From: Octopus sinensis
Taxonomy: Eukaryota
Direction: 5' to 3'
Assembly: GCF_006345805.1 (NCBI RefSeq)
Contig: NC_043015.1
Location: 13,640,001-13,704,000, forward strand
DNA: 64,000 nucleotides
How positions within the stretch are numbered: position 1 is the stretch's first letter; each line of letters begins with the position of its first letter. The position numbers were made by a program, and so were the translations under genes. Under the pieces are notes generated by a model that saw only the letters and a list, made by a program, of their open reading frames with translations, did no database searches and was not told the DNA's origin. This document shows, one piece after another, positions 52,924-64,000 of the stretch.

Positions 52924-53381
52924 TTACATTATTTACATTCGACGGATATTTTTTATTATTGTTGTTGTTGTTGTTGTTGTTCAGGTCACTGCTTGGAATC
53001 GAATTCGGAATCATGGGGTTAGTAGCCTGCATATGACATAGTGGCATAGTGGTTAAGAGTGTGTGGGCATATGGCATAGTGGTTAAGAGTGCGTGCTACT
53101 AACCCCAAGATTCTGCGTTTGATTCCAAGTAGTGACTTGAACAATAATAATAATAATAATAATAATAACAATAATAATAATAATAATAATGACATTGAAA
53201 AATACCTTAGGAATGAGAACCCTTGTTCAAAATTTCCCCCAAGATACCTGAAGAAGGCTGGAGGGTATATCAGCTGAAATGTTGTGTTAACAACAAACAA
53301 GATAAGGACAAATATCCATTAAATGTAAATAATGTAAATGATATACATAATTCCTCATCTCTTAAATATGGAACTGTATTG
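52924..53381 (+). mobile_element. tRNA-headed, hammerhead-containing non-autonomous retroelement with inverted partial copy
   Basis: Flanked by aacat (52919-52923 and 53382-53386). tRNA-like head at 53065-53138, (AAT)n, HHR at 53244-53287, and an inverted partial copy at 52924-53030. Confidence 0.75.
53244..53287 (+). ncRNA. Minimal type-I hammerhead ribozyme
   Basis: atac CTGAAGA a ggctg-loop-cagct GAAA tg TT gtgt. Deviations from ccgaaacgtt are consistent with CpG decay. Confidence 0.7.
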
Positions 53382-54644
53382 AACATGATCAATGGTTTCA
53401 TTTTGTTGTTGACATACATAACATGTTGGGCGGCTACCGTTCTTTAAAATGTTGGCCTGGTAGTTTCTTGTAGATAGGCATTGATCTTGGGCTGCTATGA
53501 TAAACCCTTCTGTTTCTGATTTTAAGCCAGAAGCCACTAACCATTGATGGGTAAGGGCTTTGTCAATATCAACACTATTAGCTCTCTTTGGGTATTTGTC
53601 AATGAAAATTTTTTCTTGCCATTTATCAGTAAGAATATCCAAGGCAGCAGTTTTATCACAGGTTTTCATGCACTTTACCTTTCATCCTTTCAGTGTCAAT
53701 GAAATAAGTATCGGCTAAGTACTGGGGTCAATGTAAAGAACAAATTCCCTCAGCCAAAAATTTCAGGCCTTGTGCCTATAGTAGAAAGGCAGCAGTGGTG
53801 GTGGCAGTGGTGATGGTGGTGATGGTGGTGATGGTGGTGATGGTGGTGGTGGTGGTGGTGGAGTGATGGTGGTGATGATGATGGGGTGAAGGACTGTGAT
53901 GTAAATTTGATGTAAATTCATTTCAAGTGAGTTCAGTATTATGTTTGGGCCTATATATGCTTTATCAAATTTTTAAATAATCATTTTATTAATTTTAATA
54001 TAATAACAATCAAAGTTAATATGGGCTGGACTTGATATGATGAAGCATCTAGTCATGTGCTCCTGCTACACACACCAACTCACTCAGAGACTTAAGGGTG
54101 ACAAACAATAACAATGGTTCCTTTTACATGTCATCTGATTTACTGAAGAAAAATAGTAAATTGTAATGAAATGTTGATGTCATTTTCAACTGCTTTGATG
54201 ATGCAATGCTGCTGTTGCATCATAGTGATGATGATGATGATGATATCTTGGGAAAGGAAAAATGTACAGCTGATCCACTCACCCACTGATAGACAATATT
54301 ATCATTTTTAATGTCAACTTTTCCATGCTTGCGTAAGTCAGATGGAATTTGTTAAGGCAGATTTTTCTATGGCCAGATGCTCTTCTTGTCACCAACCAGC
54401 ACCTATTTCCAAGCAAAGTAATATTTTCCCAGAGCCAAATATGTTTTTCATGGAAGACTGGAAATGAATATCATCGCTTGTATGATAGGGATGTTCAGTT
54501 ACAACCATCACATGATGTCAAGACAAAAGTACACACACACATGCACACATAAAAACATACACATAGTTAGATAAGTTTCTAATAGCATTGACCCAGGCCA
54601 TGTCTAACTTAATAGCACCACCTGGATATATGTATATATATATA

Positions 54645-54830
54645 TTTCGTTTTGGGATTTGGTTTGCAAGATTCTTTATATGAGTTCGTGTGTTGAAGCA
54701 TATTCTGTTGTGTCTGGAGAGAGTCATTCTCTTTTAGTACCTTATTATTAAACACACTCAAATTTTACCAGTGAGGGTGTTAAATAATAAGGTACTAAAA
54801 GAGAATGACTCTCCCCAGACACAACAGTAT
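54645..54830. repeat. Dispersed element with internal inverted duplication, copy 2
   Basis: Homologous to 49165-49382, with a shorter spacer. Confidence 0.85.
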
Positions 54831-55663
54831 ATATATATATATATATATATGCATACAATAGGCTTCTTTCGGTTTCTAACCAAATCCACTCTCAAGGCTT
54901 TGGTCAGGTCACGACTATAGTAGAAAACACTTGCCCAAGGTTTCACCCAGTGAGACTAAACCCAAGATGACATGATTAGGAATCAAACATGTTAACCACA
55001 TGGCCACACCCTTGGTTATAAATTCTATTATTATTGTGGCTAATGTTGCCGTAATAAAATTTAAACCAGTTTTATGAAGAAGCACGCTAGTTACTAAAAT
55101 AAGGAACTTAAGTTTTCTCCTTTAATAACCACAACAAATGTAAATATTTTCTCCTTTAATAACCATAACAAATGTAAATGTTTTATTTGACGCTATACAA
55201 ACATGTTCTTGTTTTTGGAGATCCTTTGTCACTATGACAACAAAAATATATCTGCGAGTATTATCAACCTGGTCTACATATACAGCAAAAATAATAAATA
55301 AGCTAGAAAAATAGCCCTGCAAATACAATAGGCATCATCTTAGCTACAGAACAACTAAATTTACACATCTTGAGGATTTTAGAGGTAAAACACATTGGAC
55401 TTTGGGAAAGCTTATATTTTCTGTTTTTTATCTGTTTCGGTCATTCGACTGCAGCCATGTTGTGACACGACTTTGAAGAATTTCGTTTTAGTCAAATGAA
55501 GCAAACCCAATACTTGTTTATTTTATTTATTTATTTAGTTATTTGTAAGCCTGGTACTTATTCTATAGGTTGAACTGCTAAGTTACTAGGATGTAAACAA
55601 ACCAAGAGGTGATGGGGGACAAATACAGACACAAACACACACACACATATATATATATATACC

Positions 55664-55748
<85 letters not shown>

Positions 55749-55866
55749 CAATGGGTTTCTTTCAGTTTCCATCTATGAAATCCACTAACAAGGCTTTGGT
55801 TGGTCCAAAGCTATAGAAGATGCTATGCAGCACATGTAAAATGATAAGCAAGAGGGCTTCAATACA

Positions 55867-57235
55867 TGTTGTGATGAGAGTTACAGTGCCCCCTTGCGAG
55901 AGATAGACTGGTCCAAGTAAAATATAAATAGTAACAATCTGAGTGAGTTTGAGGCTCAGAGTTTGGAGTCAAGTGAAGCTCATGTTAGTTTGCAGTGAAG
56001 TCGGAAGGTGTCAGTTGGTTAGTTTGCAAGGAATATTAATTGTTGGTCTGTAAAGAGATTTGTTAGTTCATTACATTGCTTTTACTGTTGTCTAGTTATC
56101 TTATTTATTGTACATAACAAATCACATCACAACATCTGGAGGACAAGGGTTTCGAAGCTCACATAGGTTATTTGACAATTTGTTCATGATACAACTTGTT
56201 AAATAATGGAAGGCCTATTAGCTTCCATAGTACAGTGGCAAAAGCAACAACAAGAGCAGCAACAGGAGTTGCAGAAGCAACTATTACAGCAACAACTACA
56301 ACAACAATTATTGGAGCTATATTCAAAGAAATTCGAAAATGGGGTAAGTTCATTTTCACCAGACGGCATTTCGAACTCAGTAAATGATTTCAGTTATAAC
56401 CCAGAGGGGGGCAATAACTTTTGCATTGTACTACTGAAGGTAAGAGGAGATTTTTAAGCAAGATTGCAAATCATGGTCAGATGAACAAAAAGTGAGATTG
56501 TTATTGTGAAAATTAGCTCCGTTAGAGCAAGAACATTACTGTAATTTCATATTGCACAAAATCCAATGAAATTTGTTTTAAAGAATCAATAAATTTACTA
56601 TCTAACATATTCGATGATAAAACTTTTCTATTTAACACTAGAATGGAATGTTGAATATAAGGAAAAAAAAGAATGATGATTTTATCACATACACAGGAAC
56701 AGTCAACAGGATATGTGAAAGTTTTAATCTCAGAAAACTAGCTTCAGAAAATGAAAACAGACTGAATATCTGGAGGTAATACCTAAACAAAGAAGGTGCT
56801 AAATTTTCAAAGAAACAAAAACACGAGTGCTTAGTACAATGAAAAGAAAAAGGATTGTGTGCAACGAACAATACAATTAAGATACAACAGGTAAAAAAAA
56901 ATAGTGGGAGAGGTACTGGAAAGAAGAAAATAAAAATAAAAGAAATTCCACATCACAAAAGAGGAGATCTTGGGATGAGGGTTACAATGCCCCCTTGCAA
57001 GAGATAGACTGGTCCAAGTAAAATATAAATGATAACAATCCGAGTGAATTTGAGGTTCAGAGTTCAGAGTCAAGTGAAGTTTGTGTTAGTCTGCAGTGAA
57101 GTTGGAAGGTGTTGGTTGGTTTGTTCACAAGAAATATTGATTGTTGGTTCATAACGAGATTTGTTAGTTTGTTAAATTGTTGTTACTGTTGTCTGGTTAT
57201 CTTATTTATTGCATGTAACAAATTATGTTACAACA
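55867..57235 (+). mobile_element. Internally deleted Gypsy-type LTR retrotransposon (gag remnant only)
   Basis: 268-bp LTRs at 55867-56134 and 56968-57235, 5-bp TSD ataca, PBS-like tctggaggacaagg and PPT aaaagaggaga. Gag peptides MEGLL..QQQ..FSYNPE..WSDEQKVRLLL*KL..Y.NFIL..DDFITYTGTVNRICESF. Confidence 0.9.
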
Positions 57236-58979
57236 ATACAGTAACTCAATTTGCTAGAAATAGCAATAACATCTCCCTCAGATCATAACCTGATTGACTT
57301 AAATCTTGTAAGATACAGTGAATTACATAGAACTCAATGCTGCATGTCTACCACCACAAAAAAGCCAATATGGTCATGACTGGAATACTTTTGGTCATAG
57401 ATTGGCTCAGTTGGGATTTAACTGGAGTTTAACAACTCATGCTATACAACAACTTTACTGTATGACAGAGGTGTGTAGTGTTGTGCTGGAGTACTCCAGA
57501 GTGAAGTGCATATATTGTGTTGTTCCAAAGTAATTGATCAGTTTTCTTATTGCCATAGGTTTAAGTAAATTCTTTATTATTTTCAAAATTTATTAAAATA
57601 AAGAGAATGAATTTCAACAGAAATATTGTAACAAAATGTTAGTTATCCTACAATTATTTCCATACAGAAGCAAAGCTTAATAAAGCTTTTGGCATGGAAT
57701 GGAGGGAATTGTCAAGAGAGGTGGTTCACTCCCAGCAACACTTTTATCAGGTTGGCACTTTTTGGTCCTTGCTGTATAAGCCTGTTTAGGTTGTGTTGCC
57801 AGCAGATGGGGATGGCAAACTAAAGGGCTGCCCCTAGTGACTCACTCTAGCAACACCGCTGGCTATTGGACAACAAAAACTACAAAGTAACAACATTATG
57901 ATCATAACTATTAGCAATAGAATTTATAACAAAACTGTATGGAAAATAATTGTAGGTTAACGAACATTAAAAATAAATGGCATGGTTGTGTGATAAGAAG
58001 CTTATTTCCCAACCACATGGTTCTGGGTTCAGTCCCACTGTGTGGCACCTTGAGCAAGTGTCCTCAACTATAACCCTGGATCAAAGCTTTGTGAGTGGAT
58101 TTGGTAGGCAGAAGCTGGAAGAATCCTATCATGTATATACGTGTGTGTGTGTGTGTGTGTGTGTCTTTGTATCAGTGTGTGTCCCCAACCATTGCTTCCC
58201 AGCTGGTGCTCATGTGTTTACATCCCCATAACTTGGCAGTTTAGCAAAGAGACCGATAGAATATGTACCAGGCTTAGAGAAAAAGGGGAAAAAAGTACTG
58301 GAATCAATCCGTTTGACAAAAATATGCCCCAGTATGGCCACAGTCTAATAACTGAAACAAGTAAAAGATAAAAGATTTTAAAAAATAATAAATAATTCAA
58401 AAAGTCTTACTTTTCTCTTTGTTGTTGTTTTCTTTCATCAATAAATTTCACGGTAAGTGTAACATAATTTCACAGTTAATGAAACTGAGGTGATAATAGA
58501 TCAGTAGAAAATTTATATAGATTTCTAATGCTTGAAACTAATTTCTTTGTACAATTCATGTGAATATAAAAGAAAACATGGTGAGTTAGCAGAAATATTA
58601 GAATACTAAATTATAACCTTTGCAGTGTTAATCTCATTTCTCACTGTTTCCAAGTTTGAATTCCCTTGAATCTTCTATGTCTTTTATATTTCATACTTCT
58701 CCGATAAAATAATATAATCCAGAGGAATAAGTATCAATGTTACACCGAGGTTGATTCAATCCAATTTTTTTTGTTTTTTTAACAAAGGTAACTTGTTTGT
58801 TACCTCAACAGGAAATTAATTTTAGTAAAATGGTTCAATGGTGCAAATGTCTTATAATGGTATTTTGTAGGAAGATTTTGAACAGAACCTTTCATTAAAT
58901 ATATTGATGCAAATATTATATCATTTAGGTTCATTTGAAACCACTGTCCCTGAAATGCTTTGAGCTGTCTTATCTTATG

Positions 58980-59016
<37 letters not shown>

Positions 59017-60309
59017 TCCCTGTTTTTCTCACGTAAAGAGATTAAATCTTATATGTTTGTGTGTATGATGTGCAGCATCATTAACTGGCACTGTGTCTAC
59101 TCCTGTAGTCTGCTGTACATTTACTCATCTAGAACTGAAGATAAGAATGTTAAAGATCTTGAGATAGTGAGAGAGTTGTATAGTGAGAGAAAAAGTAGCG
59201 TAAGAGGAGGGGAGATCTGTTTGAACCAAGGTTGTCAGTGATATGGTTGGCAGGTCATATTTTGTGTGAGTATATGAATATGTATACATATGTATATGTG
59301 AGCATGTGCTTATGAGTGTGTGTGAGGAAGAGAGAGGAGGGTGACATAAGTGATAGTCAAAAGGAAGGAAAGGAAGAGCATGAGGGAAGAAAAAGACAAA
59401 AAGAGGAAAAAGAACAGAAATGGGACAAAGAGAGAAGTAATAGTGGACAAGAGAGAACCAAAATGACAAAGAAAAAGAAAAAGGAAGGTAGAAGCAGAGA
59501 GAGAAAAGTAAAGAGAGTAAAGTAAATGAAACGGTGAGAGAGAAAGGCTGGGATAGACATTCAATATATTATATATGAAGAGGGTCAGATATTTGAGAAA
59601 TAGGAGAAAGCAAAAGAGGGAGTGTGCCTGTAGGTCTAAGAAAGTACTTGTGGACCTACCACCACTAAATAAGCACAGTATCCTTCTTGGTTAACATCCT
59701 TCCATCTTGTGAATCTCCCAGGTAGCTCTATACTGTGTTACTCACCTAATTCATAATGGGTTGTTGTTGTTTTTTTTTAATGGAGATTGAAAATAGAATG
59801 ACTTTATCATAACATGTTTAACTACTTGGTAGTGGGGGGGGGGGCTAATGTAAAGAAAAAAGTTGAGTGACAGTCCCTCCACTTCCATTGCTGCCACCAC
59901 CTACAGCAACAACAACAACAACAACAACCATAACAACAACAGGCAGTTTGTTGTATTGTGGTGTTGTTGTTTGAAACTGGTATTTTCTTTTTTTTTCTTT
60001 CTTTTCCTCTTTTACTTCTTTCAGTCATCTGACTTCTCTTGAAGTGTTTTTAGTCAAACAAATTGATCTCAGGACTTACTGTTTTCTATTTAATGCCTGG
60101 TACTTATTTTATTGGTCTGTTTTGCCAAACCACTAAGTTACAGGGATGTAGACACACAAACACTGTTTGTCAAGCACTGATGAGGGTACAGATATAGATG
60201 CAAAGACACATACATACATACATACATGTATGCCATACATACATAGGACACCATGATAAATCATTAGCTCCTACACGCATTTTTTCTCTCCTTATTTTTT
60301 TCTGTGTAC

Positions 60310-60344
60310 CTTTCTGTCGAAGAGCGTAGGCTCGAAACGTAAAA
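60310..60344 (+). ncRNA. Minimal hammerhead-like motif with core variant, in a PLE-type fragment (about 60255-60437)
   Basis: cttt CTGTCGA a gagc gtag gctc GAAA cg TA aaa. Confidence 0.55.
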
Positions 60345-60434
60345 TACTTTTTCTATTCCTGAGCGCTATACTAATACATTTGTTTGCTTGTACTCCACCT
60401 GCCTTGTCTTTTGTTCATTTTCGTAAACTTTCCC

Positions 60435-60466
<32 letters not shown>

Positions 60467-60514
60467 CATACATTCATGCATACATACATATTTATATATA
60501 TGTTTATATATACA

Positions 60515-60897
60515 CTAGCAGTATCGCCCGGCGTTGCTCAGTTTGTAAGGGAATAACTATAAAGCATTTTTAGAGAGTTATAAGCCAAAAAATAGCCAAA
60601 AATGAAAAAAAATGATGGTAAATTTTTTTTGAGAGTAAAAAAAGTTGGAGTTGCGTCCCCTAAACAGTTTGCGGTTTGTGTTTCTGATTCTCGACCCCAT
60701 GTCGAATTTATCGATTTTTTTCAGAACTGGGGGAACTTTTCAAATTTTTTGCTGCGTTAGTTTTGAATTATGACATTGGGCTATGTGTGTGTCAAGTTTT
60801 CATCAGAATCGGTTGAAAGCCGTGGTCAGGGTGAGGGTACAAGCAAAAGACACAACAGAAACACGCACAGACAAACTGCCGTTTATATAGAGAGAGA
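60515..60897 (-). mobile_element. Non-autonomous Helitron
   Basis: Minus strand A|TCTCTCTCTATATAAACGG...gagcaacgccgggcgatactgCTAG|T. It has 5' TC, 3' CTAG, a subterminal GC-rich hairpin remnant, insertion between A and T, and no TSD. Confidence 0.85.
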
Positions 60898-61195
60898 TAT
60901 ATACATACACATACACATTCAATGGACTTCTTTCAGTTTCCGTCTACCAAATCTATTCACAAGGATTTGGTCAGCCTAAGGCTATATAATAAAAGACACT
61001 TACTCAAGCAAGGTGCCACACAGTAGGACTGAACCAGGAAGCATGTGGTTGGGAAACAAGCTTCTTACTGCACAGCCACACCTGCACCTGGTATAGTTCA
61101 CAAGTAATTCATTCTGCTACTATATTACTTCAGATACTTGTGCTGCCACAGTTTTGTATTGGTTGTTATTGTCAATCACTTTAATACTTCTTCAT

Positions 61196-61287
<92 letters not shown>

Positions 61288-61289
61288 TG

Positions 61290-61321
<32 letters not shown>

Positions 61322-61496
61322 AGAGAATGAGCTGAATTTAGAATTAAAGAATTAAGGTTTAGAAAGTAGGCATTAAATGTAGTATCCAAACCTTGTTTCA
61401 GAGCACTTCACCACTTATGGCTACCAGGTATTATCAGTGATACTGTGCATTCATCCTTGGATCTACATCAGGAATTCCAAGGTGCACATAGAGTAT

Positions 61497-61838
61497 ATTT
61501 TAAATGATTAATACAGAAGACCGAGTGTAACTAAAAGTATTTACAAGCACAACAATCATTTCGGCTTCATTCTGCACTGTTCTCTAGTAGGCATGGGACA
61601 ATGTAATGGCACCAGATGCAATGCATGGCACAAAAGAGCCTCATCAGATGATGAAATTGAAATGTAAATCTTCTAAATTCTGAAGTATCTTACATCACCT
61701 GATGAAGCTCTTTTGCACTGTGCGTTGCATCTGGTGTCATTACATCATCCCACACCCACTAGAAAGCAGTGCAGAATGAAGCTGAAATGATTGTTGTGCT
61801 AATAAATACTTCTTTGTCTTCTGTATTAATCATTTAAA

Positions 61839-61840
<2 letters not shown>
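61497..61840. mobile_element. Inverted pair of HHR-bearing PLE pseudo-LTR fragments
   Basis: Arms at about 61497-61653 and 61693-61840. Each reads CTGATGA (g/a)gct...agc(c/t) GAAA tgattg TT gtg outward from the centre. Confidence 0.8.
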
Positions 61841-61881
<41 letters not shown>

Positions 61882-62344
61882 TGTGCCTGCATGCATGCGT
61901 GCATGCTTGCATGTGTGTGAGTGTCTTTGTGTCTGTGTTTGTCCCACAAACCGATACTAGTGTGTTTACATCCATGTAACTTAACAGTTCAGCAAAGAGA
62001 TTGATAGAATAAGCACCAGGTTAAGAAAAAAATAAGTATTGGGGTTGATTCATTCAACTAAAATTCTTCAAGGTGGTGCCCCAGCATGGCCACACTCTAA
62101 TGACTAAAACAAGTAAAAGGCAAAAGATAAAAGATACTAATTTATTTTCTAAAATAACAGATACAATGGCTTGAAGACAAATCTAGGCCTTACATTCAAA
62201 TTTTACTACATTTTGCCAAATTTTACTACTTTTTGCCAAATTTTACTACTTTTTGCTTTCGCTGCTGCTGCACCAATTTCCACAAGATTTACAAAAACAG
62301 ATTTCTTTAATTGAAATCATTCATTTGAACTCAATAATACAACT

Positions 62345-62727
62345 GGCATCCATGCTAGTGGGGCGCTAAGAGCACCATCTGAGCGTGATCGTTGCCAGAG
62401 CAGCTAACTGGCTTCCATGCCGGTGGCATGTAAAAAGCACCATTCGAGCGTGATCGTTACCAGCAACGCCTTACTGGCACGTGAAAAAACATTCGAGTGA
62501 GGTCGTTGCCACTGGACTGTCTGCTGTGCAGGTGGCATGTAAAAAACACCATTTGAGCATGGCCATTGCCAGTACTGCCTGAGTGGTTGGCGTTAAGAAG
62601 GGCATCCAACTGTAGAAACTCTCCCAGATCAGACTGGAGCTTAGTGCCGCCATCTGGTTCACCAGTTCTCAGTCAAATCGTCCAACCCATGGTAGCATGA
62701 AAAGCGGACGTTAAACGATGATGATGA
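62345..62727 (+). mobile_element. RTE-tailed SINE-like element with internal tandem repeats
   Basis: About four aaaagcaccattcgagcgtgatcgttgccag-type units, then ggttggcgttaagaagggcatcc and a (GAT)n tail. Confidence 0.8.
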
Positions 62728-63548
62728 ATACAAATCTTTTTTCCGATTTTAATATGATTATTTATATTCCTCTTATCTTTCCATTAAGTATATTTGAACC
62801 AAAATAATAAAAATATAAAGAAACTATGGCACTTTATCAGTTACAACAACAAGGGTTCCAAGTGATTCAATGAACAGAACAGCCTGCTTGTGAAATTAAT
62901 GTGAAAGTGGCTGAGACTCAACAGATATGTGTTTCCTTAATGTAGTTCTCAGGGAGATTCAGCATGATACAGAATACTACTTATTTTTGCCGGCTTAGCA
63001 GACTGGAGCAATGTGAAATAAGGTGTCTTGTTCAAGGGTACAATGCATTGCTGAGAAGTGAACCCACGACCTTGTGATTGGAGCTGAATACACTAACCAC
63101 TGAGCCATGCACTTTCACATAAAGAAACTATATTGCTTTACTATTCCATTTATGAATACGCATATTTTATCATAACAACCAAATTTCTGCTATAATAACT
63201 CATTCACAGTCAGCTTGACCACTTTTAATTTGGTCAAGAAATGAATTAGAAGTGTTCATGAAAGTAAATGTTGGCCTTAAGAATACTATTCACCTATTTT
63301 GTATATATATGTGTGTGTGTGTGTTTTTATATATTTTTTCTTTTATTCTTTTACTTGTTTCAGTCATTTCACTGTGGCCATGCTGGAGCATCACCATTAG
63401 TCAAACAAATCAATCCCCAGGACTTATTCTTTGTAAGCCTAGTACTTATTCTGTTGCTGAAATGCTAAGTTACGGAGACGTAAACACCAACATCAGTTGT
63501 CAAGTGATGGCGGGGGGACAAACACAGACACACAAATATATATATATC

Positions 63549-63600
<52 letters not shown>

Positions 63601-63609
63601 CGACAGGCA

Positions 63610-63828
63610 AGGTGTTGATGTAGTTTAATAATATAGTAATTGCTAATTTCCAACCTGTTGTTAATTTGGAGCCCTAGTCTGTCTATAAGGATAGCCTCCT
63701 TAATTCTTAAATTTCCTAAATTTCTTTCATTGGCCTCAGTTGTGACTGTTATGTTTTTTCGGTGCTCTGGCATTTGTCTAGATGTTTTCTGAAGGAAGAG
63801 GCTCATATGTTTAGATATTCTTTGATAT
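63610..63828 (-). mobile_element. Penelope-like GIY-YIG C-terminal fragment
   Basis: ISKHM..NITV..ERNLGNLRIKEAILIDRLGLQINNR matches the PLE EN terminal L.I.EA..I....P.IN pattern. Embedded in (TA)n. Confidence 0.6.
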
Positions 63829-63838
63829 ACATACATAC

Positions 63839-63869
<31 letters not shown>

Positions 63870-63876
63870 ATATATA

Positions 63877-63984
<108 letters not shown>

Positions 63985-64000
63985 TTATATATATATATAT

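Larger units (their letters stand above)
52215..53670 (-). mobile_element. R4/Dong-like RLE LINE fragment interrupted in its CCHC knuckle
   Basis: WLVASGLKSETEGFIIAAQDQCLSTRNY..CYVCQQQNETIDHV | VSMC..YLNRHN..LLWNFTIQTDRKIDVNRPDIILKD..LIDMTVP..KLSKYKDLEIEI. Confidence 0.9.

Noticed and set aside
53065-53138. Possible genuine tRNA gene
   Set aside because: The acceptor and T stems pair poorly and it is embedded in a mobile insert. Treated as a tRNA-derived head, as are the SINE heads.
59690-59800. Possible minus-strand splice donor (ag|gtgagt)
   Set aside because: Isolated motif without a supportable exon or acceptor.

Overview
AT-rich, microsatellite-saturated eukaryotic DNA. The tRNA-headed SINE families and the (TA)n/(CA)n/(TACA)n density strongly suggest an octopus (coleoid cephalopod) intron or intergenic region; this is an inference. 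I cannot support any host protein-coding exon, rRNA, genuine tRNA gene or CRISPR array. Nearly all long ORFs in the track are microsatellite artefacts or transposon relics. The window contains decayed RTE and R4/Dong-like LINEs, Penelope-like elements (PLEs), Helitrons, mariner, Tc1-like and hAT DNA transposons, a gag-only Gypsy LTR element, solo LTRs and many SINEs. The most notable signal is about ten minimal type-I hammerhead ribozyme (HHR) motifs, from clear to degenerate, many sitting in inverted partial duplications. The top candidates are: (i) a tRNA/Pol III-headed, HHR-bearing non-autonomous element with PLE-style inverted architecture, inserted into a LINE zinc knuckle at 52919-53386; (ii) a PLE at 7000-9737 whose GIY-YIG endonuclease motifs are separated by about 260 codons of Asn/Ser-rich sequence. 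All coordinates were read by eye and may be off by a few bases.
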